From: Planctomycetota bacterium
Lineage (GTDB): Bacteria; Planctomycetota; B15-G4
Direction of reading: 5' to 3'
Length of the DNA: 64,000 nucleotides
Assembly (NCBI GenBank): GCA_021604805.1
Contig: BQJR01000002.1
Location: forward strand, 268,665 to 332,664
Shown here: positions 60,006 to 64,000 of the stretch, piece after piece
How positions within the stretch are numbered: the stretch's first letter is position 1
Layout of the letters: every line of letters begins with the position of its first letter
Made by a program: the position numbers and the translations under genes
The notes under the pieces: model-generated
Database searches by the model: none
Seen by the model: only the letters and a program-made list of their open reading frames with translations
Told to the model about the DNA's origin: nothing

Positions 60006-62810
60006 TCAGTCGCCCTCTTCTTGTCGTGCGAGACGAACACCGCGCTCATCTTGCACGAGCTCGGCGCCACCTGAAAGCGCTTCGAGGTCGAGATGCTTGG
60101 GCAACTCGGGTGCGCTCACGCGGCCGTGCGCAGGCTTGGCCGCGGGTTTGACCTCCACGCCCGCCGGTTGGAAGCTCGTGATCTGCTGCCAGCAACGCTT
60201 GATGTCGTCGCCGAAGCAGAGCAAGAGGTCGCCGGTTCGGGCCATGCCGAGCGCGGTGTCGAAGGCTTCGGTCTCGCGCTCCACGATGGTGATGCGCGCG
60301 TCGTCCACGCCGGCGGCGAGCAAGGCGTCGCGCAGGAGGCCGACGACTTCGCCGGGTTTGCGACCGCGCAGGCTGTCGTCACGACGCAGGACATAGTGCT
60401 CGAAACGACCGGCGGTGAGCGTGGCGATCTCGCGGATGTCTTCGTCGCGGCGATCGCCGGGGGCCGAGAGCAGCACGAGACGCCGACCGTTCACGTCCAT
60501 CGCGTCGACCAGATCGCAGAGCGCACCGACGGCGGCCGGGTTGTGGCCGTAGTCGAGGATCACCTTGAACGGGTGTTCGTCGTGCACGTTCATGCGGCCC
60601 GGTGCCTGGAACCAAGTGGTGTCGAAAGTGCGCAAGCCGTGGCGGATGTCTTCGAGTGCGACATCCATCGAGTAGGTGATCGCGGCGGCGAACATCGCGT
60701 TCTGCACGTTGAAGCGCGCGCGACCTTCGAGCGTTGCGGGCACGAGGTGCGTCCACAGCAAAGGCATGTGCGAGCCCTTGTCGTAGAGCGTGATCATCTG
60801 ACCGTTCATGCCGTCCTCGAGCACGATCGCGCGACCGCCCGCTTGGATGTGACGCTTCACGATCGGGTGCTGCGCGTTCAGCGTGACGTAGCAGATGTGT
60901 TCCGCTTCCGTGTGCGACGCCATCGCGAGGCAGTGCTCGTCGTCGGCATTCAACACGGCGCAGTCCATGGCGGCTTCGGCGATCACGCGCTTCACGGCGG
61001 CCAACTGCTCCACGGTGTCGATGCCGCGCAAGCCGAGATGGTCGGCCGAGACATTCAACACGGCGCCCACGTTGTGCTTGCGGTAGCCCATGCCGCGCTT
61101 GAGCAGGCCGCCGCGCGCGATCTCCATCACGGCCACGTCCACCGAGGGATCGCGCAAGACCATGCGCGCGGCCACGGGTCCCGTGAGGTCGCCTTCCACC
61201 GTGAGACGACCGTCGATGTACACGCCGTCGGTGCTGGTCATGCCCACGGCCTTGCCGGTGAGCTTGAGGATGTGCGCGGTCATGCGCGAGGTGGTCGTCT
61301 TGCCGTTGGTGCCGGTGATCGCGGCGATCGGGATGCGCGCCGGCGTGCCGGGCGGGAAGAGCATGTCCATCACCGGGCCGGCCACGTCGCGCGGCTTGCC
61401 TTCGCTGGGCGACACGTGCATGCGGAAGCCGGGCGCGGCGTTCACCTCGCAGATCGCGCCGCCCGAGTGCTTGTACGACTGGCTGATGTCGTCGGTGAGG
61501 AAGTCGACGCCGCACACATCCAGGCCCACGGCGCGCGCTGCACGCTCGGCCATCTCGCGGTTGTCGGGGTGGATCACGTCGGTGACGTCGACCGCCGTGC
61601 CGCCGGTGGACAGGTTCGCCGTGCTGCGCAGGTACACGACCTCGCCGACGGGCGGCACGCTGGTTTCGTCGTAGCCGAGGTTGCTCATCAGGCGCTTGGC
61701 TTGGTGATCGACCTCGAGGCGCGTGAGCACTTTCTCGTGACCGATGCCGCGGCGCGGGTCGCTGTTCACGATCTCGATCAGTTGCTCGATGCGATGTTCA
61801 CCGTCGCCGACCACATGACCGGGCACGCGCTTGCTGGCCGCCACGAGCTTGCCGTCGACCACGAGCAACCGATGATCGAGCCCCACGATGAAGCTCTCGA
61901 CCATCACCGTGCGCGAGTGCTCTTGCGCTTGGTCGAAGCCGGCGGCGACCTGCTCATCTTCGGTGAGATGGATCGACACGCCGCGGCCGTGGTTCGCGTC
62001 GAGCGGCTTGACCACCACCGGGTAACCGATGCGCCGTGCAGCGCGCACGGCTTCGCGCCGCGAGTGCACCAGGATCTGGCGCGCCACGGGCAGGCCGAGG
62101 TCGCCGAGCAACCCGTTGGTTTCTTCTTTGTCCGACGCGATCTCCACGCCGATGTGCCGTGTTTCGCTGGTGATCGTGGCCTGGATGCGCCGCTGGTACT
62201 TGCCGTGTCCGAGTTGCACCAAGCTGTAGCGGTTGAGGCGCAGGAAGGGGATGTCGCGATCCACGGCGGCCTTCACCAGCGAGGCCGTGCTCGGCCCCAA
62301 GTTGCGGCGCTGTGCGAAGCGGATGAAGGTGTCGCGGTCTTCGGGCCAGTCGAAGTCTTCGAGCGAGATGTGCGCCGGGCGCAGCTTCTCGGGCAGCAAG
62401 GATGCGAGCAGGCGCAGCGCGAGTTCGCCGGCTTCCACACCGACTTCTTCGTGCGTGTACTCGTAGACGACTTCGTAGGTGCCGGGGGCGTCGTCGATGG
62501 AGCGCGTCTTGCCGAAGGTCACCGACTGACCGGCCACGTTCTGCAACTCGAGCGCCACGTGTTCGAGGATGTGCCCGAGCCAGGTGCCGTCGTCTTCACG
62601 CAGGCGACGCACGAAACCGCCGGGCTCGCGGTAGCTGCAACCGTGCTCGCGCAAGCTCGGGAGCGCCGTGAGCAGGCCGTCGATGAAGTCGGTGCCGAGG
62701 CGCGCGCTGGGCCAACTCTCGAGCTCGCCGAGGTCGAGTTCCAGGCGGATCACCGGGAAGTGCGCGTAGAGGCTGGGCCCGATGTAGACGGAGCGAGCGA
62801 GGATCTTCAT
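60006..62810 (-). CDS. cphA: cyanophycin synthetase
   Basis: MKILARSVYIGPSLY N-domain, ATP-grasp (GYPVVVKPLDANHGRGVSI), Mur-ligase (AITGTNGKTTTSRM) and DYGHNPAA tail. ATG at 62808-62810, with an ATGA overlap with cphB. Confidence 0.92.
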   Translation of the reverse strand: MKILARSVYIGPSLYAHFPVIRLELDLGELESWPSARLGTDFIDGLLTALPSLREHGCSYREPGGFVRRLREDDGTWLGHILEHVALELQNVAGQSVTFGKTRSIDDAPGTYEVVYEYTHEEVGVEAGELALRLLASLLPEKLRPAHISLEDFDWPEDRDTFIRFAQRRNLGPSTASLVKAAVDRDIPFLRLNRYSLVQLGHGKYQRRIQATITSETRHIGVEIASDKEETNGLLGDLGLPVARQILVHSRREAVRAARRIGYPVVVKPLDANHGRGVSIHLTEDEQVAAGFDQAQEHSRTVMVESFIVGLDHRLLVVDGKLVAASKRVPGHVVGDGEHRIEQLIEIVNSDPRRGIGHEKVLTRLEVDHQAKRLMSNLGYDETSVPPVGEVVYLRSTANLSTGGTAVDVTDVIHPDNREMAERAARAVGLDVCGVDFLTDDISQSYKHSGGAICEVNAAPGFRMHVSPSEGKPRDVAGPVMDMLFPPGTPARIPIAAITGTNGKTTTSRMTAHILKLTGKAVGMTSTDGVYIDGRLTVEGDLTGPVAARMVLRDPSVDVAVMEIARGGLLKRGMGYRKHNVGAVLNVSADHLGLRGIDTVEQLAAVKRVIAEAAMDCAVLNADDEHCLAMASHTEAEHICYVTLNAQHPIVKRHIQAGGRAIVLEDGMNGQMITLYDKGSHMPLLWTHLVPATLEGRARFNVQNAMFAAAITYSMDVALEDIRHGLRTFDTTWFQAPGRMNVHDEHPFKVILDYGHNPAAVGALCDLVDAMDVNGRRLVLLSAPGDRRDEDIREIATLTAGRFEHYVLRRDDSLRGRKPGEVVGLLRDALLAAGVDDARITIVERETEAFDTALGMARTGDLLLCFGDDIKRCWQQITSFQPAGVEVKPAAKPAHGRVSAPELPKHLDLEALSGGAELVQDERGVRLARQEEGD

Positions 62811-63742
62811 GGCGACTCCGGGCTGGACGACGGCGTGCAAGGAGAGGGGTCGCGAGCGGCGAGCTGTTGCGCGCCCTCGGTGATCGTGGCGCGCAGGCTC
62901 GACAGTTCGCTGCTGTCGAGAGCGCGGCCGAGGCGCAGGTCGTAACCCTGGCCGGCGTGCAACACGGTGACGGGTCCGGCGGCGAGGGCCTCGAGCGCGT
63001 CGCCGTCTTCGGTGGCGTCGTGCGCGCGACGCGGACGTCCCAGCCCGCCGCAACTCTGATCGGCATCGCGTCCGTTGCGCGGCGCGTCGGCGGCGGGCGT
63101 GCGCACCACGCTCACCGTGCCGCTGCCCACGACCTCGAAGCGACCGTGGCCGTCGAAGAGCGCGGCGGTGTCCTCGTCGACACCCAGCCCCACGGGAGCG
63201 ACACCGTGCGAGAGCGCCGTGATGAGGCGCCCGAGACGTTCGCGTTGCGAGAAGTGTTGATCGACGAGCACGCGGCTGCTCAGACCGAAGCCGCGTTGCA
63301 GCGACACCATGCCGAGCCGCGGACGCAGCCCCGACTGCCCGCTGGCGATCATCGTGCTCGACATGACCGCCGCCCCCGCCGACGTGCCAGCCACGTTGGT
63401 GCCGCCGGCGTGCGCGCTCAGCAGCGTTTCCCAGCACGGCGTGTCGAGCAGCACGCGCGTGAGACGCGATTGGTTGCCGCCGGTCATGAACACGCCGGTG
63501 GCGTCGCGCAACGCTTGCACGTGTTCGGCGCGCGCGCCGTCCTCGGGATGACGGAAGGCCAGCGACCTGGCTTCACAGGCGCCGAGGTCGCGGAACAGGT
63601 CCACGTAGGTTTGCCCCGTGTCGCGCAGGCGGGAGGCCGTGGGGATCACCGCGATGCGCGCGCCTTCGCCGCCGCTGGCCTCCACGAAGCGCCGCAAGAC
63701 CGCTCGCTCCCCGCGCTTGTCCTCGGCGCCACCGATGGGCAT
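62807..63742 (-). CDS. cphB: cyanophycinase (peptidase S51)
   Basis: MPIGGAEDK start region and the GTSAGAAVM catalytic-Ser motif. Good colinearity with CphB. The ORF is open upstream to 63940, so the exact start is uncertain. Confidence 0.8.
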   Translation of the reverse strand: MPIGGAEDKRGERAVLRRFVEASGGEGARIAVIPTASRLRDTGQTYVDLFRDLGACEARSLAFRHPEDGARAEHVQALRDATGVFMTGGNQSRLTRVLLDTPCWETLLSAHAGGTNVAGTSAGAAVMSSTMIASGQSGLRPRLGMVSLQRGFGLSSRVLVDQHFSQRERLGRLITALSHGVAPVGLGVDEDTAALFDGHGRFEVVGSGTVSVVRTPAADAPRNGRDADQSCGGLGRPRRAHDATEDGDALEALAAGPVTVLHAGQGYDLRLGRALDSSELSSLRATITEGAQQLAARDPSPCTPSSSPESP

Positions 63743-64000
63743 CAGCACACCACGCGAGCGGAACGTCGGGATCAAAGGGGACTCCGGCAGCCGGGAGAGC
63801 GGAGCGGCTCGGGGCGGCCGCACCGGGCCAGTATCGCAGCGCGCGTGGAAGGCGGCCAGCCTTGCTTCGGGCGACGGTCGAGCGCGTGCGTGGGCGGCGC
63901 CGCCCGCAGCGTGGAGCCACGCGCGCCCATGCCGCGGCACTCAGTCGCTCAGTCGCTCAGTCGCTCAGGCCCGCGACCGGCGCTCGCGCCGCTCGATCTC

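Noticed and set aside
60093-62945. 950-aa plus-strand ORF
   Set aside because: Antisense shadow of cphA. V/A/G/R/H-rich low-complexity translation.
63309-63920. Short ORFs overlapping the cphB region on both strands
   Set aside because: They are explained by the cyanophycinase reading frame. Their R/P/A-rich composition is shadow-like.

Overview
This 64-kb window is very GC-rich (about 70%) and densely coding on both strands. Secreted proteins, lipoproteins, FG-GAP, Kelch, WD40 and beta-helix repeat proteins are abundant, which looks like a Myxococcota-type chromosome. Gene starts were placed by ORF-track arithmetic and checked locally for RBS or overlap logic. Long R/A/G/P-rich ORFs antisense to real genes were ignored as shadows.

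In order along the window:
- An S10 peptidase C-terminal fragment, then fhs and a NUDIX hydrolase.
- A 12-repeat FG-GAP secreted protein.
- A META/HslJ lipoprotein, a DUF3224 protein, a SET-domain protein and a YjbR/MmcQ protein.
- A heavy-metal RND efflux locus (TolC-like OMF, Cys-rich MFP, CzcA-like pump) preceded by a small Cys-rich exported protein.
- A GAF-type sigma-54 activator transcribed divergently from a near-consensus -24/-12 promoter. That promoter drives a four-gene thiol/redox unit: isochorismatase-like hydrolase, WCPPC thioredoxin, AhpD-like protein and a PNPOx-like protein.
- A tandem SagB/ThcOx-type dehydrogenase.
- A CarboxypepD_reg protein plus a 1245-aa Pmp-repeat beta-helix protein carrying TSP3 calcium-binding repeats.
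- An ECF sigma factor translationally coupled to a Ser/Thr kinase with WD40 repeats.
- A cupin, an AraC regulator and an MBL hydrolase.
- An orphan 1318-aa polytopic membrane protein of unrecognisable family.
- A Kelch protein, an MFS transporter and a VOC protein.
- A CUT2-type sugar ABC transporter interrupted by a Lys-rich Ig-like secreted protein.
- An 1125-aa lipoprotein with CARDB and SH3b domains and a C-terminal caspase-like domain lacking the catalytic Cys.
- A cphB-cphA-cphA' cyanophycin cluster.

No rRNA, tRNA, CRISPR array or mobile element was seen.
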